Below are positions 37,301 to 45,185 of a DNA stretch of 64,000 nt, piece by piece. How positions within the stretch are numbered: the stretch's first letter is position 1; each line of letters opens with the position of its first letter. Below the pieces are notes generated by a model. It was not told the DNA's origin and did not search any database. It worked only from the letters and a program-made list of their open reading frames with translations. The DNA comes from a virus, in IMG/VR virus record IMGVR_UViG_3300003323_001324, positions 93,578 to 157,577 of that record, one strand, 5' to 3'. Made by a program: the position numbers and the translations under genes.

Positions 37301-39774
37301 GCGTCGACTATCAGGTCCTCGCCGGCGGGTCCATCACCCTGCGCGAGCCCGCGGTTTTCGGGGACGAGCTCATCGCCTTCTACGTCGCGCAGTCCCCCCT
37401 GCCCGCGGGGACGGTCCTGACCTTCAACTATGCCTACGCCGTGGCGCCGAGCGCGCAGAACGGCCTCGTCGGGCAGCGCCTGGTGTCCGACTACGTCCTC
37501 TACGCCCCGGACACCTTCTACTACCGGGTGGAGACGGTCCTGACCTTCCTTCCCGAGGTGCAGGACCTCCTCCGCTCGGGCGCCACGTCGTCCGGGAGCT
37601 CCGGCCCCAGCACGCAGAGCGCGACCGGGATGTCCAACAAGGACTTCGGCCGGCCGAGCCTCTACTACGAGGAGCAGCACCAGGGGAACCTGGACGCCGT
37701 CACCGTCCGCCTCCTGAAGTTCTACAACGACCTCGTGAACCTGTACGAGGACTTCCTGGCCGACCTGGACGGCCGCGTCGTCGGGGGCCAGGACGGGAGG
37801 TTCCGCTTTGACGGGAACCTGAGCAACCCGCCGCGCGCGAGCTATGCCGCCGTGACGAACGACATCGACGACCTCGTCACCCTCTACTACCGCAAGAAGC
37901 TCGCCGGGTTCTACTTCTACCAGAACGTCCCCGTCTACGGGAAGATGGCGTTCCCCAACTCTGTCTCCCGCCTCTTCCCGACCGCCGTCACGAGGTCCGT
38001 CGCCCTGAGCGACCAGGTCACGTCCGCCGACCGCGGGGAGGCTATCGGGAGCCTCGACCTGGAGAACATCCAGTCTGTCGGGACGATGACGAGCGCGCGA
38101 TCCAACCAGTTCTTCACCTCCGCCTCCGGGGCCTCCTACGTCGTCCAGGAGAACGGGCAGGAGGACCTGCTCGTGCCGCCGTTCGTCGCCGGCCAGAAGG
38201 TGAGGGTCTTCGCCGACGACGGCTCCCCCGACGTCGACGGCTCTGTCATGTCCGTCACGGGCTCCGGGCCGTTCGCCGTGGTGCTGGACGCCCCGACGAC
38301 GCTCCGCCGGGGCAGCATACTCAGGGACGTGTCCGAGGTCCCGGCGACCCCGACCGCCGACTCGAACCACTTCTACCAGCCCGGCCGCGACGTCGGGGTC
38401 GACCCCGAGAGCGGTCAGGTCCTGAACGCCACGGTCGGCCCTCCCTTCCTCCCCGACCTCGGCGGGAGCCAGGCGAGGGTGTGGGGGTCGGAGATCGTGG
38501 ACGCCCGCGTCAACTTCGGCAACAAGGACATCGCCGCCCTCCGGATCCCGGCTCTCGACGGCTCCACGCTCGACGACGACGGCCGGGTCCCCGCGCCGCG
38601 CCTGCTCATGGAGGCGGAGTCGATCCTTCTCCAGGACGAGCTCGCCGCCATCGGGGGCGTCGGCGTCGGCTCGTCCGCCGTCGGGTCCGCGAAGGTCTCC
38701 CTGGACGGGATAACCCTTACCGGGGTGACCGTGCCGTTCGCGGTCGGCGACGTCCTTGTCTTCACCTCCGGCCTCAACTCCGGCCTCCGCCGCGCCGTGG
38801 CCTCCGTCATCGACGTGAGCACCCTGACGGTCGACTCGGCCCTCGACGAGGACACCATCGCGGAGCCCCTGGCCTCCCTCTCCGTGGTCCTCACCCCGGC
38901 CACCGTCGCGCCCGGCGCGGGAGTCCGCTTTCTCAGCGGCCCCAACGCGGGCGGGGTCTACACCGTCTCCTCCTCCGGGCCCGGGTTCTTCCGCGTGGGG
39001 CAGCTCGCCCACGTGGATCCTGGGAGCAACTTCGAGACCGCGGCCCAGGGCGTCGTCCTGACCGACGTCCTCGCCCGGGAGCTCGGTGTCCTCGCCACCA
39101 ACGTGGCGGCCGCCCCCGTCCCTCCCGCCCTCGTCGGCAGGGTGGCCTCTGAGCTCTCGTCCCTGGCCGCGGTCGTCCAGTACTCGGGCCCGGTCCTCGC
39201 GTCCGGCACGGGCACCTCGGCCGGGACGACCCTCTCCGACCCGTCCGTCAACTTCATCCTGGCCGGGGTCGTCGCCGGGTCCCTCCTCTGGCTCACCGGG
39301 TCCGGGTACGGCCTCTATAAGGTCTCGTCCGTCGCCTCCCACGTCCTGACCCTGGACGTCGCCGCGCCCTTCGCCCCCGTCCCGGTCACGGGCTCCGTCG
39401 CCTACCAGGTGATCCAGCCCGAGTCCTTCCTCCGTCCTGCCCAGTGGGGCACCGTCTCCCAGGCCATAAGGGAGACGAGGGCCTTCTACTTCGCGACCGT
39501 CGCCTGGTACGGGTCCATCAGCCCGGCCGGCATCCCGGCGAGGGCGGCCGCCATCGCGGCCCGCCTGGCGCAGCTCGACGCCTACTACACGGCCTTCGGG
39601 AAGATCCTCGTCGACGGGAAGCTCTACGAGACCCGGTATCTCTGGATCAACCAGCGCGTGGACCGCCAGGACGGGAACCTCGTCCAGCAGTCGCAGGCTG
39701 CTGCGCGCAGGGTGAAGAACCTGGCGAAGATGCTGGCGGACCAGACCAAGCTCCTAGTCGCGGACTCCATATGA
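34348..39774 (+). CDS. Large beta-rich virion structural (baseplate-associated) protein, 1808 aa
   Basis: Long GC3-biased ORF in the baseplate cluster with repeated beta-sandwich-like modules (e.g. GVDYQV, SGPN.G). Confidence 0.65.
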   Translation: MPLDTSGALLEGVRISEGNNPYSFPPRDVVSDWSAFSAVSERAEYVLVTYSTDPAKLELEIADPTLRFRWTRNESSVQRFSYDSFSKRWLPAPGSAPDVLGPLSNDERLVMPVPDPSVTSAPFAVYVGSPVRAVTFTIVIVGEEADFSPPASVPAGTVQVSSRDGKMNFSAADVAEYGGSDVLSQRQSFLDRKSATGRFGTLPASSDVDYFLFLNPRPASGQTPLVRIGYGLHLTAVQYATEASLPPSPAAGTFAWSVDTGRVVFSPSDVDAHAREGAYYDGVSIGSVAPARTSLPSHPGWPSVAFTVPLDAVGVLDNRYVLFAELGGVRTYWEMEVSASAPTKAPRTGTFVVRTDTGQCYVSAEDVADFASWSWAWLDSLMPIEDGVSVQVYRSGVNGSGEPVAPDFTVYYAVENQVLVDGISQSPFVMLPTVPVDGPSLTYRIEQGPSSSGTFTGDLADGTDPAKMGMAYLLNLDQRQLKFAFRKEVVVTLATSTPAVKLPEAAISELGLEAEIDGHAAEPGVDFGFDPQTGIVTFTEPLGQSDPGDASGLLGTVTLPVFLETAAGFSDADVGKWVLVESGPNVGARQIRAVTFGRATVSPAFVQPGSQTFDVRSAADVIVDRIWAELDPPYKKFSLASGPSASGPFSSVPRSGFSVLPTTSQVNLTDPAEPGQAFLATYVGLVTDDEGATYSPVNLVELATFKVRQETATSTPGSPVVTFNPEGRPVSADSGMKVYVNGVPLEPGFFEYQAPGTLRLADPVQSGQTVVLDYWVQVALGGETSFNLRVQPLDLDSLQVAAGSDTFTANGDQTDKVSAGSVILVGGAEAALVDGSSYDPVSDVTTVTLAAPMAAASAGADVLSCAPLPESYIVPETSSVGSVVAGSNSFVIAGDVTASYPGGTLVFFGDDVYRVSASQYLAPSGSTRINLSSPARKNYVLPEVERTVRPVAFPDVSFKTTRDADLSSPFQLVRMGRSPAVLVAGVDYQVLAGGSITLREPAVFGDELIAFYVAQSPLPAGTVLTFNYAYAVAPSAQNGLVGQRLVSDYVLYAPDTFYYRVETVLTFLPEVQDLLRSGATSSGSSGPSTQSATGMSNKDFGRPSLYYEEQHQGNLDAVTVRLLKFYNDLVNLYEDFLADLDGRVVGGQDGRFRFDGNLSNPPRASYAAVTNDIDDLVTLYYRKKLAGFYFYQNVPVYGKMAFPNSVSRLFPTAVTRSVALSDQVTSADRGEAIGSLDLENIQSVGTMTSARSNQFFTSASGASYVVQENGQEDLLVPPFVAGQKVRVFADDGSPDVDGSVMSVTGSGPFAVVLDAPTTLRRGSILRDVSEVPATPTADSNHFYQPGRDVGVDPESGQVLNATVGPPFLPDLGGSQARVWGSEIVDARVNFGNKDIAALRIPALDGSTLDDDGRVPAPRLLMEAESILLQDELAAIGGVGVGSSAVGSAKVSLDGITLTGVTVPFAVGDVLVFTSGLNSGLRRAVASVIDVSTLTVDSALDEDTIAEPLASLSVVLTPATVAPGAGVRFLSGPNAGGVYTVSSSGPGFFRVGQLAHVDPGSNFETAAQGVVLTDVLARELGVLATNVAAAPVPPALVGRVASELSSLAAVVQYSGPVLASGTGTSAGTTLSDPSVNFILAGVVAGSLLWLTGSGYGLYKVSSVASHVLTLDVAAPFAPVPVTGSVAYQVIQPESFLRPAQWGTVSQAIRETRAFYFATVAWYGSISPAGIPARAAAIAARLAQLDAYYTAFGKILVDGKLYETRYLWINQRVDRQDGNLVQQSQAAARRVKNLAKMLADQTKLLVADSI

Positions 39775-40145
39775 CCAAAGAACTTCCTGCGCGCCCCTGG
39801 ACCTCCGAGCACGTGCGGGCCCTCATCGGCGTTAGCGACGCCGTGAGCCAGGTCCGCATGAACCCCTACAACTATGCGGACATACGAAGGTTCGCCCGTG
39901 ACGCGATGGACCTCGAGGAGAGGCCGGAGATGCTCGCGACCGGCCTGGTAAGCCATTTCGAGGGCGTCCCCACGTACGTCGACAAGTCGGTCCTTCGGGG
40001 AGTGTCCGTCTCCGTCGCCAAGGACGGGTCCGATATAGCCCATATGGTGTCCTATCAGGACGGGGAGCCGACCTTCGTCCACCTGGGGTCATTCCACGCC
40101 TGCTCCGACGAGCGCTGCGTCCTGCACTCCGTGATGAACTCCTGA
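39771..40145 (+). CDS. Small hypothetical protein ending in VMNS
   Basis: ATGA overlap with the upstream gene and less biased codon usage. Ends H-A-C-SDER-C-VLHSVMNS. Confidence 0.55.
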   Translation: MTKELPARPWTSEHVRALIGVSDAVSQVRMNPYNYADIRRFARDAMDLEERPEMLATGLVSHFEGVPTYVDKSVLRGVSVSVAKDGSDIAHMVSYQDGEPTFVHLGSFHACSDERCVLHSVMNS

Positions 40146-40177
40146 GCGCGTAGGGTTCCTTTGCCGAGGGAACCCGC

Positions 40178-40354
40178 ATGGCCGAGAAGGAAGAACCGAA
40201 GAAGGCCGCCTGGAGCCACGACGCTAAGCTGGACCTCGGCGGCCTCCGGGACTCCGTCCAGAAGACCCGGGACGACACGGCGGCCGCCCTGAAGAAGCTC
40301 CAGGAGGAGCTCGAGAAGAAGAGGGCCGTCCTCGCCCGGTTCGGGAGCCGCTGA
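40178..40354 (+). CDS. Small coiled-coil protein (58 aa; below the track cut-off)
   Basis: MAEKEEPKKAAWSH...LKKLQEELEKKRAVLARFGSR*. GC3-biased and ends 3 nt before the next gene. Confidence 0.6.
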   Translation: MAEKEEPKKAAWSHDAKLDLGGLRDSVQKTRDDTAAALKKLQEELEKKRAVLARFGSR

Positions 40355-40357
40355 CCG

Positions 40358-42709
40358 TTGGCCAACTGGCAGTCCATAACCGTCAAGTTCGACGTCTTCG
40401 AGCCGCTGCGCCCGCCGCTCGAGACGACGCTCCAGGCCCTGGAGACCGTCGAGGCCGTGCTCGAGGCCATCCTCGCCCTCCTCAAGCCCTTCTTCCTCGA
40501 CCTCTCGAACCCCCTGCGCGCGCTGGTCGCCCTCCTGCTCGCCGCCGTCCGGGCCCTCATCAACCAGATAAGGTCGGCCGGCTTCTCCGTTCTCCTCGTC
40601 CACCCCGACTTCAGCCAGCCCGACTTCTCCGGGGTCCTCTACTCCGTCAGCGGCGCCTACCCCGGCTTCGAGTCGAAGGTCGTCGGGAAGTTCTACGACA
40701 CGTCCGACGAGTTCCGTCCTCAGTACCCGCCGGGGTCCTCCGTCGCCATGCTCGTCCTGTACGTCGGGGCCGACTCGCCCGGCGACCTCATGGGCCTTCT
40801 CTTCTCGCTGCTTGCCCTCATCAAGCACCCGATAAACCTCACCGGGCTCCCCGCGCCGGTCGGCCTGAAGGTCCTCCCCGTCAACCAGTCGGGCTCCTCC
40901 GTCTCCCAGTTCCGCCAGCTCTTCGACCCCGGGCTGAAGCAGGCGCTCCAGCTCGAGTGGCGGATGCCGCAGTCCGCCTCCGGCCTCGCCAGCCAGGGCT
41001 TCGCCGGCCAGGCGGTGTCCCTCTACAACCAGTTCAGGTTCCCCAACTTCGTCGTCGAGCGCACCGGCCCCTTCCCCCAGGAGGAGGGCGAGGCGCAGCT
41101 CTCGCCGCAGGGCGAGACCGTGCAGATCCAGGTCAGCACCCAGACCCTCGGCAAGGGCGTGGTCGACGGGATCGTGGAGAAGTACGACTTCCCGGCCGTC
41201 GGCTCCCTCGTCGCCCTGCGCGAGCAGGACGGCTCGGTCTACAAGCACTTCCCGACCAGGATACCCATCCAGTTCGGGGCCGGCGGGGTCGCCCAGGCCG
41301 GCATCTCCCAGGGGAGCTCCGCCTCCGCGCTCGCCCAGGCCGGGACCCTCGTCACCGGCATCGCGACCGGGAAGTACAAGTTCCTCGACGAGGACCCGTC
41401 GCTCAAGCCCGGCAAGACCTACTACTACCGGGTTCGCGCGTTCTTCGGCGACGCGACCGACTACGTGGCGGCCACCGTCGGCTCCCTGCAGAACCCCGGG
41501 AGCCCGCTCGTCTTCACCCAGGGCAACCAGCGCGTGATGCGCACGGACCCGAAGATGAACATCGGCCGCCCGTCGCCGGTCGTGAAGGGGTTCGTCCCCA
41601 GGAAGCTCGTCGACGAGTCCGGCGCCTCCCTCTCGTTCAACGCCTACGAGGACGTGTTCCGCGCCGTGCAGGCGGCCCTCCTCCTGAACTTCGACCTTCC
41701 CGCCACCTTCCCTCCCGGGAGCGGCATCTCCAACTCGGTCTTCCGGAACGAGCAGCGGACCGGGTGGGGGACGCTCGGGAGCGTCGGCGGCCAGATCGGC
41801 GCCCTCAAGTCCGCCTACCCGCGCTCGGACCAGCTCCGCTCCTCCGTCGTCTTCAAGGCGACCGCGCGCCGCCTCGCCAACAAGTGCGCGACCGTCCTGC
41901 AGGACACGCCCGAGCTCGTGGACATGCTGGCCAAGATGTGGGCCGGGACGGTCGAGGAGGTCGTCAACCGCATCGTCCCGAAGTCCGGGTCGACCGGGTC
42001 CGCCTCCTCGGCCTTCGTCGCCAACAGCGTCGTGTCGGACGCCAAGAGGAAGGACTCGGAGCTCTCGAACCAGGAGACGTGGGCCTTCGTCGGGGTCGTC
42101 GGGGGGATCACCGAGGAGGTGGCCCTGAAGATAGAGGCGTACCTGGCACGGGAGGAGACGTACGCGGACGGCGGCGAGCTTACCGGCCCCCTCCCCCTCG
42201 CCCCGGTTGCCGGGGCCCCCTACGTCAACGTCGAGGAGAGGCAGGCCCTCGCGGACTTCGTCCGCTCGGCCCTCTCCACCGTCAGCACCCAGACCTCCTA
42301 CCTGTCCTGGTACTCGCTCACGGTCGGCGACCTCTTCCCCGCCCTCGTCCCGTTCGTCTTCGACTTCGAGCAGTTCCTCAAGTCTCTCCTCAAGGCCTTC
42401 GAGTCCGCCCTCTCGGAGATCACGGACATCATCGAGACCCTCCTGCAGAAGATCCGCGCGCTCGCCCAGACCATCCAGACCCTGGACGACATCCTCCGCA
42501 TCCTGAACGTCTCGGTCACCGTCTCCGTCCTCGCCGTCTCCTCGACGAACGGGAGCGCCGACTCCCTCGTCCAGGACCTCCTCTCGTCGGAGGACAAGCC
42601 CGGGTCCTCGCCCTTCGGCCTGCACTCGGGCCTCGTCATGACCTTCGGCGGCCCCGGCGCCGGCTCCGTCGCCGCCCTGAATGCATTAAAATTTATCCTA
42701 GGCCTCTAG
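40358..42709 (+). CDS. Putative virion structural protein (783 aa)
   Basis: TTG start. Amphipathic helical termini, FN3-like PGKTYYYRVRA motif, baseplate context. Confidence 0.6.
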   Translation: MANWQSITVKFDVFEPLRPPLETTLQALETVEAVLEAILALLKPFFLDLSNPLRALVALLLAAVRALINQIRSAGFSVLLVHPDFSQPDFSGVLYSVSGAYPGFESKVVGKFYDTSDEFRPQYPPGSSVAMLVLYVGADSPGDLMGLLFSLLALIKHPINLTGLPAPVGLKVLPVNQSGSSVSQFRQLFDPGLKQALQLEWRMPQSASGLASQGFAGQAVSLYNQFRFPNFVVERTGPFPQEEGEAQLSPQGETVQIQVSTQTLGKGVVDGIVEKYDFPAVGSLVALREQDGSVYKHFPTRIPIQFGAGGVAQAGISQGSSASALAQAGTLVTGIATGKYKFLDEDPSLKPGKTYYYRVRAFFGDATDYVAATVGSLQNPGSPLVFTQGNQRVMRTDPKMNIGRPSPVVKGFVPRKLVDESGASLSFNAYEDVFRAVQAALLLNFDLPATFPPGSGISNSVFRNEQRTGWGTLGSVGGQIGALKSAYPRSDQLRSSVVFKATARRLANKCATVLQDTPELVDMLAKMWAGTVEEVVNRIVPKSGSTGSASSAFVANSVVSDAKRKDSELSNQETWAFVGVVGGITEEVALKIEAYLAREETYADGGELTGPLPLAPVAGAPYVNVEERQALADFVRSALSTVSTQTSYLSWYSLTVGDLFPALVPFVFDFEQFLKSLLKAFESALSEITDIIETLLQKIRALAQTIQTLDDILRILNVSVTVSVLAVSSTNGSADSLVQDLLSSEDKPGSSPFGLHSGLVMTFGGPGAGSVAALNALKFILGL

Positions 42710-42714
42710 TCCCG

Positions 42715-43419
42715 GTGGAACAGGTCGTGATTTGGACTGTTTACTGTCACACTCATGTTGAGACGGGGCGTCGTTATGTCGGAGTCACTTCGCGGACTTG
42801 GCAGCGTCGATTTGCTCAACATCTTTGCCAGTCCAAGCGGCCAACTCGTCGATCTGGCAGGTCTCATTTCCAGAACGCTCTCCGTTTGTACGGGAAGGAT
42901 GCCTTCTCTCATGAGATCCTCGAGATCTGCGAGACCCTCGAGCTCGCGAACGCGGCTGAAGAACACTGGATCGAGAAGTTAGGGACGACAGACCCTTCAA
43001 GGGGATTTAACCTGGCAAAGGGAGGCGGCAGGTATGAACCGAAATCCCTGAAGAGGAACCCCTGGTCGCGTCCCGAGTACAGAAAGCGGATGGCCGAGGT
43101 CAAGCGCGAGCTTTGGTCTGATCCTGTCTACCGTTCCTCCCTCACCGGTTGGAAGCACTCCGAACAGACCAGGAGGAAGATATCAGACTCCGGGAAGGGG
43201 AAGGTACACTCTCAGGAGACGAGGGATAAGATCGCCTTATCCCTCAAGACTACGAAGGCCGACGCCGTTCAGGGAGAAATCTTCTGCAAGAAATGCGGAC
43301 GCTCGAGCCTGAAGGTGTCCTTCTGCCGAAGGTCTCGAACCAGTAACTTCCTTCGCTCGACGTGCTGCGACTGCAACAACGCCCGTATTCGTAAGAAGTC
43401 TCGTCCTGTAGGCCTGTAA
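42715..43419 (+). mobile_element. Free-standing GIY-YIG homing endonuclease with NUMOD3 repeats
   Basis: VY...RYVGVT...R...H, FQNALRLYG..AF, E, GFN..GG. Two KHSEQTRRKIS/VHSQETRDKI repeats and terminal CxxC pairs. Lower GC than the flanks. Confidence 0.85.
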
Positions 43420-43433
43420 TAGTCATACCGGGT

Positions 43434-43604
43434 ATGTCGTCCATCCTGCGCGCGGCCGAGCCCGTCCTCCGGGTCGCCGTCCCCGTCCTCGTCTACAGCG
43501 TCGTCGTCCCGGGCTTCATCGTCGGGCTCGCGGCCCAGGGCGCCTACCTCTCGCTGCGCCGCAGGTACCGTGAGGGACAATGGGTAACTGGACAATCCAA
43601 GTAA
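43434..43604 (+). CDS. Small membrane protein (56 aa)
   Basis: MSSILRAAEPVLRVAVPVLVYSVVVPGFIVGLAAQGAYLSLRRR...; GC3-biased. Confidence 0.4.
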   Translation: MSSILRAAEPVLRVAVPVLVYSVVVPGFIVGLAAQGAYLSLRRRYREGQWVTGQSK

Positions 43605-43777
43605 AGGGTCTCGGCATCCACCACAACAAGCGCCCGGACGACGCCAACGAGATGGCGAAGGTGTTCGTCGAGGCCCTCCGGTCCGCCGGTCACCAGATCC
43701 TGGGCGCGACCTTCACCGTCGGGAGCCCGGACGAGGACATCTCCGCCCCGCTTCCTCCCGCCACTAAGGCGGAATGA
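43580..43777 (+). CDS. Small hypothetical protein
   Basis: MGNWTIQVKGLGIHHN...; ATGA overlap with the HNH gene. Confidence 0.55.
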   Translation: MGNWTIQVKGLGIHHNKRPDDANEMAKVFVEALRSAGHQILGATFTVGSPDEDISAPLPPATKAE

Positions 43778-44445
43778 AGAGTTGTCGGGGGTGCGGGATC
43801 CCGGAGTCAGACACTCCCAACGGATTCCGCATTCACTCCAACGGCTCCAGTACTCGCCTTATCTGCCCGTCCTGTAGCGCCCGCTCGCTCCGGGAGCGAA
43901 ACCGGGCAATGCGTCGAAGATGCTACGAAATCCTTGGAGGAGCCTGTCTTCTCTGTGGAGAGGGCGAGCACGAGTTCCTGACCGTCGATCACGTCTTCGG
44001 GGACGGGGCCGAAGAACGCCTTTCTCTGACTCCCGACCAAATCAAGGCGCGGATTCTGAGAGATCCGACCATTCGTCATCGATACCGAGTACTCTGTCGA
44101 AACTGTAACGACAGCACCGCCTTTCCTTCCAAGCAACCGAATACGTCCCGCGATGAGAGAAGACGGGCGAACCGTCTTTTGCTCAAGGGGAAGATCATTG
44201 GCTTCCTTGGAGGGTCTTGCACTTGTTGTCCGGAGTCCCGAGTTGACCGCCTGACGGTTGATCACGTCCACGACGACGGGAACAGAACTGATCTGCCGAG
44301 AGGCGGAACAGACCTTTATAAGAAGATATTAGACGGCATCGCGCTCCGATCGGACTTTCAACTGCTCTGCTGGAACTGCAACTACAGCAAGCATCTGGGT
44401 GGAGGCTCCTGCATCCATCGCAGAAGACAGGTACAGGTGACGTGA
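43774..44445 (+). mobile_element. HNH endonuclease with two tandem HNH domains
   Basis: GGACLLC...LTVDH...LCRNCN and GGSCTCC...LTVDH...LCWNCN. Lower GC than the flanks. Confidence 0.85.
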
Positions 44446-44448
44446 ATC

Positions 44449-45178
44449 ATGGCATTCAACTTTTTTCGGCACGTTCACTACCGGTCAGTGGGAAGCCTTC
44501 AGGGCCTTTGCCCGCGTTCAGCGCCATGACGTGGAGCTCCGCGTCCAGTGGCTGCAGAAGCAGCTGTCCATGAACGGCATCTTCTCGACGGAGTACGACG
44601 GCTCGAACCCGGTCTCCTTCACCGCGTCGGCCGGGAGCTACGCCGCGAAGCTCCTGTCGGCCTACCGGGTGCTCGGCGGGGTCCCGGAGAGGGACATGCT
44701 TCTCCGCACCCGCGATAAGCCGGTGTTCAAGAAGAAGGCGCAGAACATCACCACCGTGACCGCCGGCGTCACCGAGGGCGGCTTCTCCGACCTGTACTCC
44801 AACGGGCGGAGGGAGCGCGGGACCCAGCGCTTCGACCGCGACCTCGGGCTCCGCGTCGAGCGCTTCAAGAGCTGGCAGCTCGAGGCCGTGAAGGCCAAGC
44901 GCGAGCGCATCGAGTTCAAGATAAAGCGCGCCCTGGACTACTCCGACCAGCTCCAGGAGGAGATCGCGGCCCTGACCGCCCTCCTGGACGAGTCGTCCGC
45001 CGCGTCCTTCGACTCCCAGATGGTGTCGGTTGAGAACCAGATGTCGACCCCGGAGGCGATGAACGTCGTCCAGAACCTGGACGACGTCTTCGGCCTCGCC
45101 GTCGGGAAGCCGGGCGACCTGTCGTTCAAGGACGCCCTCCAGCAGGGCCGAGAGAACGACGAGCGCGTCCCCACCTGA
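44449..45178 (+). CDS. Hypothetical (likely structural) protein; 5' end out of frame at a T6 tract
   Basis: Track ORF 44531..45178 extends to ATG 44449 (MAFNFFGTFTTGQWEAFRAF...) if one T of 44461-44466 is skipped. Confidence 0.6.
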
Positions 45179-45185
45179 GGAGAGC

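Noticed and set aside
31414-39342. 2642-aa minus-strand ORF and other long antisense or alternate-frame ORFs (1276..3726, 1976..4453, 21249..24680, 27279..31241, 46294..49725, 46368..49709, 58595..63079)
   Set aside because: These are shadow ORFs caused by extreme GC3 bias. They give R/G/P-rich or V/D/G-rich translations without motifs and overlap well-supported genes.
42710-44448. Group I intron or intein hosting the endonucleases
   Set aside because: The flanking genes appear complete with their own stop and start, and I could not identify a split gene, intron core or intein motifs.
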